Shown: piece by piece, positions 1 to 9,829 of the stretch
Layout: the number at the start of each line of letters is the position of its first letter
How positions within the stretch are numbered: the stretch's first letter is position 1
Source: Actinomycetota bacterium
GTDB taxonomy: Bacteria > Actinomycetota > Actinomycetes > S36-B12
Assembly: GCA_030650795.1 (NCBI GenBank)
Contig: JAUSDJ010000017.1
Location: forward strand, 130,699 to 194,698
DNA: 64,000 nucleotides
Direction of reading: 5' to 3'
Notes under the pieces: model-generated
What the model was told of the DNA's origin: nothing
The model's database searches: none
What the model saw: only the letters and a program-made list of their open reading frames with translations
Translations under genes and position numbers: made by a program

Positions 1-1574
1 GGTGGCGGGCAACTGGTGGCCCACTCCAATGAGCTTCCCCAGCCCCAAGGATCGTCTGTATTGACCATTGGCGCGGAGCGAGTCGTGGAGATGACATTCC
101 AGATGAAGAAGATCGAGGAGATGCCGAGTATCGCCGCACCCACGCTGGAGATCATGTTGAGCGTCTGGTAATTGTCGGTTGGAAGATAGTCGCCGTAACG
201 ACGCGGCATGCCTTCAACGCCAAGCCAATGCTGCACAAGGAAGGTCACCTGGAAGCCGATGAACAGCAGCCAGAAGTGGATCTTGCCCAGGCGCTCGTTG
301 AGCATCTTGCCGGTCATCTTGGGCCACCAGTAGTACAGCCCCGCGAAGAACATGAATACGACCGTGCCAAACACGGTGTAGTGGAAGTGCGCGACGACGA
401 AGTAGCTGTCCGACACGTGGAAGTCCAGCGGCGGGGCCGACAAGAGGACGCCTGTCAGGCCGCCGAAAAGGAAGGTGACCAGGAAGCCCATGGTCCACAG
501 CATCGGCGTGTCAAACTGAACTGAGCCCTTCCACATGGTGCCGATCCAGTTGAAGAACTTCACGCCCGTGGGCACGGCTATGAGCATGGTCATGATGGCG
601 AAGAACGGCAGGTACACCGACCCGGTCACATAGAGATGGTGGGCCCAGACGGCCATCGAGAGAGCGCCGATGGCCAGGGTCGCGAACACCAGGCCCTTGT
701 AGCCGAAGATCGGCTTACGCGAGAAGACCGGAATGATCTCGCTGGCAATGCCGAAGAATGGCAAGGCGAGGATGTAGACCTCAGGATGTCCGAAGAACCA
801 GAACAGGTGCTGCCAGAGCATCGCACCGCCGTTCTCCGAGGCGAACACCAAAGAACCGTATTGGCGGTCGATGAATGCCAGCGCCAGAGCGGCGGCGAGC
901 ACCGGGAAGCACAGGATCACGAGCACGCTGGTAACCAGCACGGTCCAGGTGAAGACCGGCATGCGGAACATCGTCATGCCGGGTGCTCGCATGCAGTAGA
1001 TGGTGGTGATGAAGTTGACCGCAGCCAGGATCGTGCCCAGGCCACCCATCGCCAAACCCAGCAGCCACATGCTCCCACCTATCTCCGGAGAGAAGACGGC
1101 GTTGCTCAGCGGTGCATAGGCGAACCAGCCGAAGGCAGCAGCACCACCGGGAGTCAGGAATCCGGCGGCGGCGATCGTGCCGCCGAACAAGAAGAGCCAG
1201 AATCCGAGCATGTTCAAGCGCGGGAAGGCAACGTCGGGTGCGCCGATTTGCAAAGGCATGATGATGTTTCCATAGGCGATGAACAGTGGGGTCGCGAACA
1301 GGAACAGCATCACGGTGCCGTGCATGGTGAAGAGCTGGTTGTATTGCTCAAGTGAGACGATCTGGAGGCCCGGCGCGGTGAGTTCTGCACGCAGCACCAG
1401 CGCCATCGCCCCAGCGCCAAAGAACCAGAAAGTTGACAGCATCAGGTACATGTACCCGATGACCTTGTGGTCGGTGGAGGTGATCCACGAGATAACGATT
1501 GAGCCGAAGGCCTTCTTGGGCTTGGCCGGCTCGAGTGCCTCCGTTTCGACAGGGCGCTCATTCAGAATCGTCAT
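1..1574 (-). CDS. ctaD: cytochrome c oxidase (aa3) subunit I, C-terminus cut by window edge
   Basis: Absent from the ORF track because no stop lies inside the window. My minus-strand translation from ATG 1574 gives [45 protein letters not shown]..., then ...[15 protein letters not shown]... and ...AHHLYVTG.... Its start overlaps the ctaC stop (ATGA). Confidence 0.93.
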   Translation of the reverse strand, partial: MTILNERPVETEALEPAKPKKAFGSIVISWITSTDHKVIGYMYLMLSTFWFFGAGAMALVLRAELTAPGLQIVSLEQYNQLFTMHGTVMLFLFATPLFIAYGNIIMPLQIGAPDVAFPRLNMLGFWLFLFGGTIAAAGFLTPGGAAAFGWFAYAPLSNAVFSPEIGGSMWLLGLAMGGLGTILAAVNFITTIYCMRAPGMTMFRMPVFTWTVLVTSVLVILCFPVLAAALALAFIDRQYGSLVFASENGGAMLWQHLFWFFGHPEVYILALPFFGIASEIIPVFSRKPIFGYKGLVFATLAIGALSMAVWAHHLYVTGSVYLPFFAIMTMLIAVPTGVKFFNWIGTMWKGSVQFDTPMLWTMGFLVTFLFGGLTGVLLSAPPLDFHVSDSYFVVAHFHYTVFGTVVFMFFAGLYYWWPKMTGKMLNERLGKIHFWLLFIGFQVTFLVQHWLGVEGMPRRYGDYLPTDNYQTLNMISSVGAAILGISSIFFIWNVISTTRSAPMVNTDDPWGWGSSLEWATSCPP

Positions 1575-2386
1575 ACAATCTTCTCCCCTGGCATCTGGCC
1601 GTGGTTGCTGAATGGTTCGGTGTTGAAAGTGCCGGTCTGACCCTTGGCCTTCAACTCGGCGATGTGCGCATCGAAGGTCGCCTTGTCGACCACCTTCACG
1701 GCGAACTGCATGCGCGAATGATCCACACCGCAGAGTTCAGCGCAATGCCCATCGAAGGTTCCGAGCCTGTTCGGCGTCAGTTCGAAGGCATTTGTCTTCC
1801 CAGGGATGACGTCCATCTTGAACAGGAAATTCGGCACCCAGAAGGAGTGAATGACGTCAGGTGAGTTGAGATTGAAGCGGACCTTCTCGTTGATCGGCAG
1901 CCAGAGCGTAGGCCGATCCGTGATGGTGCCCGCACCCTGTGGCATGCCGGTCTCCCAGACATTCTGGTCGAGGTAGTTGAAGCCCCAGCTCCAGCGGTAG
2001 GCGACCACACCGACGGTCTGCTGCTGGTCGTTCTTGAGCGTGAGAAGCTCGCTCTGATCCTTCGCGGTGAACCAGAAGATTCCGACGATCATCACCAATG
2101 GCACGATGGTGTACAGGATCTCGATCGGCAAGTTGTACTTGGTTTGCACCGGAGCGCCAGCCTGTTTCTTGCGTCGGTAGGCCACCGCTGCGAACAGCAT
2201 GAGCCCCCAGGTGAGCAGCCCAACCAGCCACGCGGCAATCCAAGAGCCCTGCCAGAGGTTCTGGATGATCGGCGCTTCCTTGGTTGCCGGTTCAGGCATG
2301 TTAAAGAAGAACACCTCGTTGGCGGTGCAGCCGGACAGGACGATTGCTATCGCAATCGTCCCAAAACCAAGAGCAATTCGCCTCAT
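1571..2386 (-). CDS. ctaC: cytochrome c oxidase subunit II (lipoprotein)
   Basis: ORF 1571..2446(-). CuA motif [17 protein letters not shown]...[14 protein letters not shown]. Start moved to ATG 2386 ([20 protein letters not shown] lipobox; AAGGAG about 10 nt upstream). GTG 2446 is the longest alternative. Confidence 0.9.
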   Translation of the reverse strand: MRRIALGFGTIAIAIVLSGCTANEVFFFNMPEPATKEAPIIQNLWQGSWIAAWLVGLLTWGLMLFAAVAYRRKKQAGAPVQTKYNLPIEILYTIVPLVMIVGIFWFTAKDQSELLTLKNDQQQTVGVVAYRWSWGFNYLDQNVWETGMPQGAGTITDRPTLWLPINEKVRFNLNSPDVIHSFWVPNFLFKMDVIPGKTNAFELTPNRLGTFDGHCAELCGVDHSRMQFAVKVVDKATFDAHIAELKAKGQTGTFNTEPFSNHGQMPGEKIV

Positions 2387-2565
2387 CCGGCGAAGGCTCC
2401 TTGGCTGGTGCGCATTCGAACCCACAGGTTGCCTTTCGGTCCACACATCGGGCTAACAGAAACGTTCGTGAGACTAGCGCACCACCCCCTGCCAATGCTC
2501 GTCGGATCAGTGTGATCCGGCGCTCAATTTCCGAAGATTTCAGAACTCCAAGTAGCGTGCTAACC

Positions 2566-3690
2566 ATGTCCGGCCTGCCCCCTGCCCCCGCTGGGTTCCT
2601 GGACGCCGTTGGTGGCTTGCCAATGGCCAGCTCAGTTGCGGCGGCCTACGCCAGGGCGGCCGAACTTGCCTGGGCAGATCCGGTCCGTTTCCATCATCTC
2701 GGGCGCCAGTCAGCGCTCGTTCTAGATACCGCCCGCGCCAGTCTGGCGACCGGGATATCTCATGCAACGGGAGCATCGATCGGTGCTGAGCAGGTCTTCT
2801 TCGCACCGAACATGCGGATGGCTGCGCTCTGGGCTGGGCAGGGTTTTCTCGGGGCTCCCAGTTTTCTGGCGTCGGCCATCGAGACTTTGGCCTTGATCGA
2901 TGGCCTCAGCGAGCATGACCCAGGGCTGCGGACTCTGGGAGTCGACTCTCACGGATTCCTGGATCAGTCAGTGCTGGCCGATCTTGGCCCCTCGGACGGC
3001 CTTGTCCTTGCCCTGCAGGCAGCCAATGTCGAGATCGGAACAAGTCAGGATCTCAATGCCTGTTCGGCTGCCGGCTTTCGTCTGCTCGTCGATGCCAGCC
3101 AATGCCTTGGCAGAATTCCATTGGGGACGAACTGGTCACTGCTGCTTGCAGCAGCCTCAGATTGGGGCGGCCCTGTAGGCGTCGTGGTGCTGGCGGTGCA
3201 GCCAAATACTCGATGGTCCTGCCCTTTGCCCACCGTGGGCGGTTGGATCGGTAGCCGAGCCGATGTGCCCGCAGTCGTTGCGGCGGCCACCGCCCTGGAG
3301 TTGACTTTGCCAGAAGCCCAGCATCAATCAACTCAGCAGTTCGCCCTGATCGATCGTTTACGCACGTCAATTCGGGCGGCAATTTCCGATGTGACTTTTG
3401 CCGGTGACGAACATGCTCGGCTTCCACACATTCTGAATTGCTCAATCCTCTACGTCAGTGGTGAGGCTCTCGTGCTGGAACTGGACCGACGTGGCTTTGC
3501 CGTTGCCACTGGCTCAGCGTGTGTGGCCGACAGCGATCACGCCAGCCATGTACTCGCGGCGATCGGCGGATTCACCGGCGGCAATCTGCGGATCTCGCTC
3601 CCTTTCGATTGCACGGAAGAAACCGCAGACTCCTTTGTCGATGCTCTTGTCGAAGTCGTTGCCGAGTTGCGACGAGGAACTGGGTTGTGA
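2566..3690 (+). CDS. class-V aminotransferase / cysteine desulfurase-like protein lacking any lysine (probably non-canonical)
   Basis: ORF 2344..3690(+). The 5' part overlaps ctaC, so the start is set at ATG 2566 (MSGLPPAPAGF...). NifS/IscS-type C-terminal loop ATGSACVADSDHASHVLAAIG is present. There is no K anywhere in the translation. Confidence 0.75.
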   Translation: MSGLPPAPAGFLDAVGGLPMASSVAAAYARAAELAWADPVRFHHLGRQSALVLDTARASLATGISHATGASIGAEQVFFAPNMRMAALWAGQGFLGAPSFLASAIETLALIDGLSEHDPGLRTLGVDSHGFLDQSVLADLGPSDGLVLALQAANVEIGTSQDLNACSAAGFRLLVDASQCLGRIPLGTNWSLLLAAASDWGGPVGVVVLAVQPNTRWSCPLPTVGGWIGSRADVPAVVAAATALELTLPEAQHQSTQQFALIDRLRTSIRAAISDVTFAGDEHARLPHILNCSILYVSGEALVLELDRRGFAVATGSACVADSDHASHVLAAIGGFTGGNLRISLPFDCTEETADSFVDALVEVVAELRRGTGL

Positions 3691-3956
3691 ACGTCGACCT
3701 CTGGATAGACGAGCGCGGTCGACGCTGCCCGATCCCGGTGATTTCCCTCGCCCGCGCTCAGACCACTTGGTTCCGCGATGACATTGGCGTTGATGAAGTC
3801 GTTGGAATGCTCGCCGACGATCCCGCCGCTGAGTACGACATCCCGGCCTGGTGTCGGCTCAAGGGAGCAGAATTTCTCGGCAGCGTCAATCCGCCTGATG
3901 GCGGATCTGGCATGGGCTACGTCGTTCGATTCAGCGCTTCCAAACACGCTGCCTGA
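3687..3956 (+). CDS. TusA/SirA-family sulfur carrier-like protein
   Basis: In the frame of ORF 3519..3956. GTG 3687 overlaps the upstream stop (GTGA). VNVDLWIDERGRRCPIPV (CPxP) and ADDPAAEYDIPAWC are typical of TusA. Confidence 0.75.
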   Translation: MNVDLWIDERGRRCPIPVISLARAQTTWFRDDIGVDEVVGMLADDPAAEYDIPAWCRLKGAEFLGSVNPPDGGSGMGYVVRFSASKHAA

Positions 3957-4591
3957 CGGCGTGCATCGCGCAACCGAGTCAGATATTCCTCTCGCGGAAT
4001 TTCGGTAACGCCCAAGGTGGCAAGATGATCCGTGCGCCACTGAACGTCAAGCAATCGGGCACCACCACACCGCTGCAGTCTTCGTACCAGTGCAACCATC
4101 GCCACCTTCGAAGCATCGCGCTCGCGGTGAAACATCGACTCCCCAGCGAACAGACCTCCGACCTCGAGGCCATACAAGCCGCCCACAAGGGCTCCCTCGC
4201 GCCACACCTCAACCGAGTGCGCCCATCCAAGGGAGTGCAAGTGGGTGTACGCCTGAATGAAATCCTCATTGATCCACGAATCGATTCGGTCTTCATCACA
4301 GCCGCGCATGACAGCTTCAAATGCCGTATCGAAAGTGACATCGAACTGCGCAACAGACTTGCGCAGAGATTTGCTGATCTTCAAATCCTCAAGGGCCAGG
4401 ATGCCCCGCGGATTCGGCGACCACCAAGCAAGTTCGCCACTAGCCAGGTACATGGGAAAGACACCTCGGCGATACCCCTCCAGCAAGGTTGCGGGTGCAA
4501 GGTCGGCGCCAATGGCAATGACCTCTTGATCTGGTTCGGCCAGCAGTGGATCAGGGAATTTCCATGCGCAGGGCCCCGGATCGATCGGCAC
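3917..4591 (-). CDS. aat: leucyl/phenylalanyl-tRNA--protein transferase
   Basis: ORF with FPMY...WWSPNPRGIL...GGLYGLEVGGLFAGESMF. Confidence 0.88.
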   Translation of the reverse strand: MPIDPGPCAWKFPDPLLAEPDQEVIAIGADLAPATLLEGYRRGVFPMYLASGELAWWSPNPRGILALEDLKISKSLRKSVAQFDVTFDTAFEAVMRGCDEDRIDSWINEDFIQAYTHLHSLGWAHSVEVWREGALVGGLYGLEVGGLFAGESMFHRERDASKVAMVALVRRLQRCGGARLLDVQWRTDHLATLGVTEIPREEYLTRLRDARRQAACLEALNRTT

Positions 4592-4593
4592 GA

Positions 4594-5607
4594 CTAGGGC
4601 TGGGGGCAGGCCACATGTGGGGCGATATCGGCGGCTGCATCGTCACCGAAATTGCGAGCCAGGCGGTTGAGGAAGGCAGCTCGAGACAGCACGTACTCCT
4701 GAGTTCCGACCGTCTCAATGACATAAGCGGCGAGTAGCGAACCCACCTGACCCGCACGCTCATCGCTGAGACCCCATGCCATGCCGGTGAGGAAACCCGA
4801 ACGGTAGGCGTCGCCGACTCCCGTGGGATCAGTGCGACTGTCCTCTAGCGCGATGTCGACGAGAACGGGCTTCTCACCCTTGCGCTCGATGCGCGAGCCG
4901 TTCTTGCCCAGAGTAGTGATGCGCGTTTGGACCATTGACGCAATATCGCGCGTGGTCCAGCCAGTCTTCTGCTCGATCAGTGCGCCTTCGTACTCATTGG
5001 TGAACAAGTACTTCGCACCTTCGATGAGTGGCTTGATCGCGTGTCCGTCCATTCGCGCCAACTGCTGGCTGGGATCGGCGGCGAAGGCATAACCGCGCTG
5101 ACGGCACTCCTGGGTGTGACGGAGCATGGCATCGGGGTCGTTTGCACTGATGAGCACTACGTCAGGTTCACCCGCCACATCAACCACGGGCTTAAGTTCG
5201 ATGTTGCGCGCCTCAGACATCGCCCCCGCGTAGAAGGAGGCGATCTGGTTCTGTTCCTCATCGGTGGTGCAAATGAACCGGGCCGTGTGACGGGTCTCAG
5301 AGACGTGTACCCCGCTGGTATCGACTCCGTGGCGTTGCAGCCACGACTCGTAGTCAGCAAAATCTGAGCCCACAGCTCCCACGAGAACTGGCTTCAAGCC
5401 CAGGCAACCCATGCCGAATGCAATGTTTGGGGCGACCCCACCGCGACGGATCTCAAGATCATCGACAAGGAAAGAGAGCGAGACCTTGTGCAGGGTTTCA
5501 GCCACCAGCGAGTCGGTGAACTTTCCGGGGAATTTCATCAGATGGTCCGTTGCAATGGACCCAGTCACAAAGATCGGCACGGGAAGTGACCCTACTGGGG
5601 AGCCCAT
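4594..5607 (-). CDS. adoK: adenosine kinase (PfkB family)
   Basis: IFVTGSIATDHLMKFPGKF...HKVSLSFLVDDL...DPTGVGDAYRSGFLTG closely resembles mycobacterial AdoK (Rv2202c) as I recall it, in the same genomic context. The start could be GTG 5580. Confidence 0.85.
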   Translation of the reverse strand: MGSPVGSLPVPIFVTGSIATDHLMKFPGKFTDSLVAETLHKVSLSFLVDDLEIRRGGVAPNIAFGMGCLGLKPVLVGAVGSDFADYESWLQRHGVDTSGVHVSETRHTARFICTTDEEQNQIASFYAGAMSEARNIELKPVVDVAGEPDVVLISANDPDAMLRHTQECRQRGYAFAADPSQQLARMDGHAIKPLIEGAKYLFTNEYEGALIEQKTGWTTRDIASMVQTRITTLGKNGSRIERKGEKPVLVDIALEDSRTDPTGVGDAYRSGFLTGMAWGLSDERAGQVGSLLAAYVIETVGTQEYVLSRAAFLNRLARNFGDDAAADIAPHVACPQP

Positions 5608-6284
5608 TTGGAACTGAGAGTCATCGACAGCTGTTGCAGATCGACCTTTTGCGCAGCTTTCACCCGTGGGCGACCATCGATATATACATCGGTCTGGATC
5701 ACGGCATCACCTGCCTGCGAGTACACCGTGAAGGTTACCGTCTTGCCATCTTGCAGCGGATCCTTGCTCTTGAAAACAGTGCTGTCTTGAACCCAGAAAT
5801 TCTGATACTGGCCACCGGGACTGCTGCCATTGGCGTAGGTGTCGGAGACTTTGGGATCTTCATCGACCGGACCGGCCATGGTGCCGGTGCACTTGAGAAC
5901 CTCTTGAGCCAATTGCGTGTAGGCGGCGGCAGCAGCTTCAGCGCTCGGGTAGACGAATACCCGTTCGTTGACACTGGTGAAGACATTCTTCTTTTGCGGC
6001 TTCATCACGTTTTTCGCTGAATACTGCGGCGTCGAAGCAGGTATGAACGCAAGTGGGCCACCCTTGCTATCGGTGCACAGGGTCACATTCTTCACGTAGT
6101 CAATCGGCTTCTTGCTGAAGTCAAAAGAAAACGTCTGCCCAAACGAAGCCGGGACATCGGCGCTGGAAAGCACTCGGGCTTTAGGCGGAACTGCATGTGC
6201 TGGCAGTGCGAAAACGACAGATGCGACCAAGATCAGCGAAGTGCACCCTAGGGATGCACTTCGTGTTCTTAGTCGCATCTGCAA
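5592..6284 (-). CDS. secreted protein of unknown function (signal peptide ...ALPAHA; two Cys)
   Basis: ORF with an N-terminal signal peptide MQMRLRTRSASLGCTSLILVASVVFALPAHA. I recognised no catalytic motif. Confidence 0.7.
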   Translation of the reverse strand: MQMRLRTRSASLGCTSLILVASVVFALPAHAVPPKARVLSSADVPASFGQTFSFDFSKKPIDYVKNVTLCTDSKGGPLAFIPASTPQYSAKNVMKPQKKNVFTSVNERVFVYPSAEAAAAAYTQLAQEVLKCTGTMAGPVDEDPKVSDTYANGSSPGGQYQNFWVQDSTVFKSKDPLQDGKTVTFTVYSQAGDAVIQTDVYIDGRPRVKAAQKVDLQQLSMTLSSKWAPQ

Positions 6285-6315
6285 AAACTATCGATTGCGC
6301 CGAGGAATGTGAGAC

Positions 6316-6678
6316 TTAGTTGAACGAGTCTCCGCAGGCACAGGAACCCGAAGCGTTGGGGTTGTCGATCGTGAAACCCTGCTTCTCGATTGTGTCAACG
6401 AAGTCGATCGTCGCGCCATTGAGGTACGGGGCGCTCATGCGATCGGTGACGACCCCGACGCCGCCAAAGTCCTTCGTGACATCGCCATCAAGACTGCGGT
6501 CATCGAAGAAGAGCTGGTAGCGAAGGCCAGAGCAGCCACCTGGCTGAACGGCTACGCGCAGAGCAAGATCATCGCGACCCTCGGCTTCAAGGAGGGCCTT
6601 GACCTTCGAAGCTGCAGTGCTCGTGAGCACAATGCCGTCAATCGTGGGCACCGTCTGAATCTTGACGTCAGCTGTCAT
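6316..6678 (-). CDS. erpA: HesB/IscA/ErpA-family iron-sulfur cluster insertion protein
   Basis: C-terminal SGSCACGDSFN (CxCGxSF) and internal QPGGCSG. Occupies the Rv2204c-equivalent position. Confidence 0.88.
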   Translation of the reverse strand: MTADVKIQTVPTIDGIVLTSTAASKVKALLEAEGRDDLALRVAVQPGGCSGLRYQLFFDDRSLDGDVTKDFGGVGVVTDRMSAPYLNGATIDFVDTIEKQGFTIDNPNASGSCACGDSFN

Positions 6679-6782
6679 TGCGGTCCTTCCATAGGTGGTT
6701 GCCTGAAGAGTCTACGACAGGGTTAACGCCAGTTCTTCACCTCGCATTCCCGAAATGCCCCATCAATGTGGACAATAGGCAG

Positions 6783-7973
6783 ATGACCGACCTGGCGCTT
6801 GATCCCAAGCCCACTCCTCTGGCTCTGCTCCTGCTCGGACGTAATGCTGATCCCGACAGCGAAAAGGGAGTCGAATGCCCAGGTTCGCTGCCACCGGCCT
6901 CAGATCCTGATCTGGTGGCTCGCGCAGCTGCCGCCAAGGCTCGGCTGGGTGACCGGGTCTTCATTCTGGGGCACCACTACCAGCGCAATGAGGTCATTGA
7001 GTTCGCCGATGTCACGGGCGACTCCTTCAAACTGGCTCAGCAGGCAGCCGCCCATCCAGAAGCTGAGTACATCGTCTTTTGCGGCGTCCACTTCATGGCC
7101 GAGAGCGCGGACATCCTGACTTCTGATCGCCAGCAGGTCGTACTGCCCGATATGGCCGCGGGCTGCTCGATGGCCGACATGGCGGAGATCTCTCAGGTTG
7201 AGGAATGCTGGCGGGTGCTTCAGGAGGCTGGCATCGCCGAAGTCACCGTCCCCATCACTTACATGAATTCAACGGCCGCGATCAAGGCCTTTACCGGCCG
7301 AAATGGCGGCTCCGTGTGCACGTCGAGCAACGCCAAAGCCAGTCTTGAGTGGGCATTCGCGCAAGGCGAGAAGGTGCTCTTCCTTCCCGATCAGCACTTG
7401 GGGCGCAACACTGCCGTGCTCGATCTTGGACTCAGCCTCGATGACTGTGTCATCTATAACCCACGCCTTCCCAACGGTGGATTGACCATCGAGCAACTTC
7501 GCGAGGCAAAGATGATTCTTTGGCGTGGGCATTGCTCCGTGCATGCTCGCTTCACCGCGAAGTCGATTCAAGAGGTACGTGAACAAGTGCCAGGCGTGCA
7601 GGTCATCGTCCATCCTGAGTGCACCCATGAAGTCGTATCTGCTGCGGATGCGGTCGGATCAACTGAAGTCATCATTTCTACGGTTGCCAACGCCGCACCG
7701 GGCAGCGCCTGGGCCATCGGCACAGAACTAAATCTCGTCAAGAGACTGGCACAGGATCATCCCGACAAGCAGATCGTCTTCCTGGATCAAGCGGTCTGCT
7801 TTTGCGCCACGATGAATCGCATTGACCTGCCACACCTCGTTTGGGCTCTTGAATCCCTGGCCGATGGCAATCTGGTCAACCAGATCACCGTGGATCCCGA
7901 AACATCACATTGGGCTCGCGTAGCTCTGGACCGCATGCTCGCGCTGCCCGGCCCAACTACCCGGGCTGACTAG
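6783..7973 (+). CDS. nadA: quinolinate synthase
   Basis: ORF 6678..7973. Start set at ATG 6783 (MTDLALDPK...). Motifs FCGVHFMAE, WRGHCSVHARF, VHPEC. Confidence 0.9.
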   Translation: MTDLALDPKPTPLALLLLGRNADPDSEKGVECPGSLPPASDPDLVARAAAAKARLGDRVFILGHHYQRNEVIEFADVTGDSFKLAQQAAAHPEAEYIVFCGVHFMAESADILTSDRQQVVLPDMAAGCSMADMAEISQVEECWRVLQEAGIAEVTVPITYMNSTAAIKAFTGRNGGSVCTSSNAKASLEWAFAQGEKVLFLPDQHLGRNTAVLDLGLSLDDCVIYNPRLPNGGLTIEQLREAKMILWRGHCSVHARFTAKSIQEVREQVPGVQVIVHPECTHEVVSAADAVGSTEVIISTVANAAPGSAWAIGTELNLVKRLAQDHPDKQIVFLDQAVCFCATMNRIDLPHLVWALESLADGNLVNQITVDPETSHWARVALDRMLALPGPTTRAD

Positions 7974-7992
7974 CCGACTACGCTGCACCATC

Positions 7993-8577
7993 ATGTTTGG
8001 AAGGCAATCGAAGTCGAGCGACCCATCGACCACTTCAGTCGATCAATCGGCAGCTGGCAAGGGTCGCGCCACTCCCAGTCGACGCGAAGCCGAAGCCGCG
8101 CGCAAGCAGCGGGTCAAGGTGCCAGTCACGACCAACACCAAAGAGGGCAAGAAGGCTGCAAAGGAACGCGCCCGCGCAGAGCGCGAACGTTCACGCCGCG
8201 GAATGATGGCCGGCGAGGAACGCTTCATGCCTGCTCGCGATCAAGGACCAGCACGAGCATTCGCCCGAGACTTTGTCGATTCACGCTTCACGATGGCCGA
8301 GTACTTCATCTTGATCGCGGTCGGAGTGCTCGTGCTTGGCTTCATTCCGATTCAACCCATTCAATTCTGGGTGACCATCGTCTTCTTCGCTTTCGCAGCA
8401 CTGCTCGTGATCGACACAATCATCATGGTGTTCATGTTGAATCGCTTGGCGGCCGAGAGTTTTCCCGAGAACAAGGACCGCAAGGGGCTGTCCCTGTACG
8501 CGATCCTTCGCGTGATGCAGTTGCGCCGCCTGCGACTGCCCCCAGCAAGAGTCAAGCGCGGTGGGAAGCCGCGCTAG
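7993..8577 (+). CDS. DUF3043-type membrane protein
   Basis: Basic N-terminus (GKGRATPSRREAEAARKQR...), then PARDQGPARAFARDFVDSR and two TM helices. Matches the actinobacterial DUF3043 pattern as I recall it. Confidence 0.75.
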   Translation: MFGRQSKSSDPSTTSVDQSAAGKGRATPSRREAEAARKQRVKVPVTTNTKEGKKAAKERARAERERSRRGMMAGEERFMPARDQGPARAFARDFVDSRFTMAEYFILIAVGVLVLGFIPIQPIQFWVTIVFFAFAALLVIDTIIMVFMLNRLAAESFPENKDRKGLSLYAILRVMQLRRLRLPPARVKRGGKPR

Positions 8578-8580
8578 CGG

Positions 8581-8793
8581 TTACTCACTTGCTGGCAACA
8601 GGCTCATCGGCCCGTAGATGATGCTGGCACCGTTGAGCAGGCTCACCTGCACAACGCCTTCCTCCACCAGATCGTGCCAGTTCTCGCCTATCCACGTTTC
8701 GGCATCTCCCTGCGTGGGAAATGCCGAATCGTTGGCGAGCACCGACTCTGCGGCAGAGCCATCAGCGGCTTGCGTCTGCCAAGTCCAATCCAT
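8581..8793 (-). CDS. small acidic hypothetical protein (70 aa)
   Basis: ORF 18 nt downstream of the AKR stop, with AAAGGGGA about 8 nt before the ATG. No recognised motif. Confidence 0.55.
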   Translation of the reverse strand: MDWTWQTQAADGSAAESVLANDSAFPTQGDAETWIGENWHDLVEEGVVQVSLLNGASIIYGPMSLLPASE

Positions 8794-8811
8794 GAAAATT
8801 CCCCTTTTGCT

Positions 8812-9813
8812 CTAAGGCCGGGTGGTCGGCGAGATAGTGAGCGCTGGATCTGTCGACACCAGGTCGCCCAGGACGAGATCAATCGTCTGGAGCACATCGG
8901 GCGTGAGTTCAATTTCAGAGGCCTTGGCATTTTCCCGCACCTGCTCGGGTCTTGATGCCCCGACAATTGCCGAGGAGATATTCGGTTGGGCCAGCACCCA
9001 GGCGACTGCGAGTTGAGCGGGGGTGATGCTCAGTTCTTGAGCGATCGGAATGAGGCCTTGCACTGCAGTGAGGACGTCTTCGCGCATCCAGCGGGAGATC
9101 ATGTTCGAGCCGCCACTTTCATCAGTCGCGCGCGATTGCGCAGGTGGAGGCTGACCTGGCAGGTACTTTCCGCTCAACACCCCCTGGGCTATAGGTGAGA
9201 ACACGATCTGTCCAAGTCCGAGCTCAAGGCTCGTAGGAACAACCTCAGCCTCAATCACTCGCCACAACATGTTGTACTGCGGCTGGTTTGAGATGAGTCG
9301 ATCAAATCCCATGTCATCAGCGATCTGCACGGCCGCACGAATTTCATCAGCAGACCATTCAGACACCCCGACGTAGAGCACCTTGCCTTGGCGAACTAAG
9401 TCATCAAATGCCCGAAGGGTTTCTTCCAGAGGAGTCTCGTTGTCGAAACGATGGGCTTGATAGAGATCCACGTAATCCATGTTCAAACGGCGCAAGGAAC
9501 CATTGATCGCCTCGGTGATGTGCTTGCGACTCAAGCCCCGGTCATTCGGGCCACGGCCAGTTGGCCAGAACACTTTGGTGAAGATCTCGAGTTGCTCGCG
9601 TCGCTGACCCTTCAGCGCCTCCCCCAGAACAACTTCAGCACGAGTACCTGCATAGACATCAGCCGTATCGAAGGATGAGATGCCCACATCGAGCGCGGCA
9701 TGAACAGTGGAATGCGCAGTGCTGTCATCCACCTGCGAACCGTGGGTAATCCAGTTGCCAAGGGTGATCTCACTGATTTTTAGGCCGCTGCGACCGAGGT
9801 AGCGATGCTTCAC
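8812..9813 (-). CDS. aldo/keto reductase (Kv-beta-like subfamily)
   Basis: MKHRYLGRSGLKISEITLGNW...FDTADVYA...LYQAHRFD...GASRPEQ. Confidence 0.88.
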   Translation of the reverse strand: MKHRYLGRSGLKISEITLGNWITHGSQVDDSTAHSTVHAALDVGISSFDTADVYAGTRAEVVLGEALKGQRREQLEIFTKVFWPTGRGPNDRGLSRKHITEAINGSLRRLNMDYVDLYQAHRFDNETPLEETLRAFDDLVRQGKVLYVGVSEWSADEIRAAVQIADDMGFDRLISNQPQYNMLWRVIEAEVVPTSLELGLGQIVFSPIAQGVLSGKYLPGQPPPAQSRATDESGGSNMISRWMREDVLTAVQGLIPIAQELSITPAQLAVAWVLAQPNISSAIVGASRPEQVRENAKASEIELTPDVLQTIDLVLGDLVSTDPALTISPTTRP

Positions 9814-9829
9814 ACCGACACCCTAGGAT

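Noticed and set aside
2344-2565. N-terminal 74-aa extension of the NifS-like ORF
   Set aside because: It overlaps the ctaC coding region and promoter on the other strand, and its translation is low-complexity. ATG 2566 is the more plausible start.
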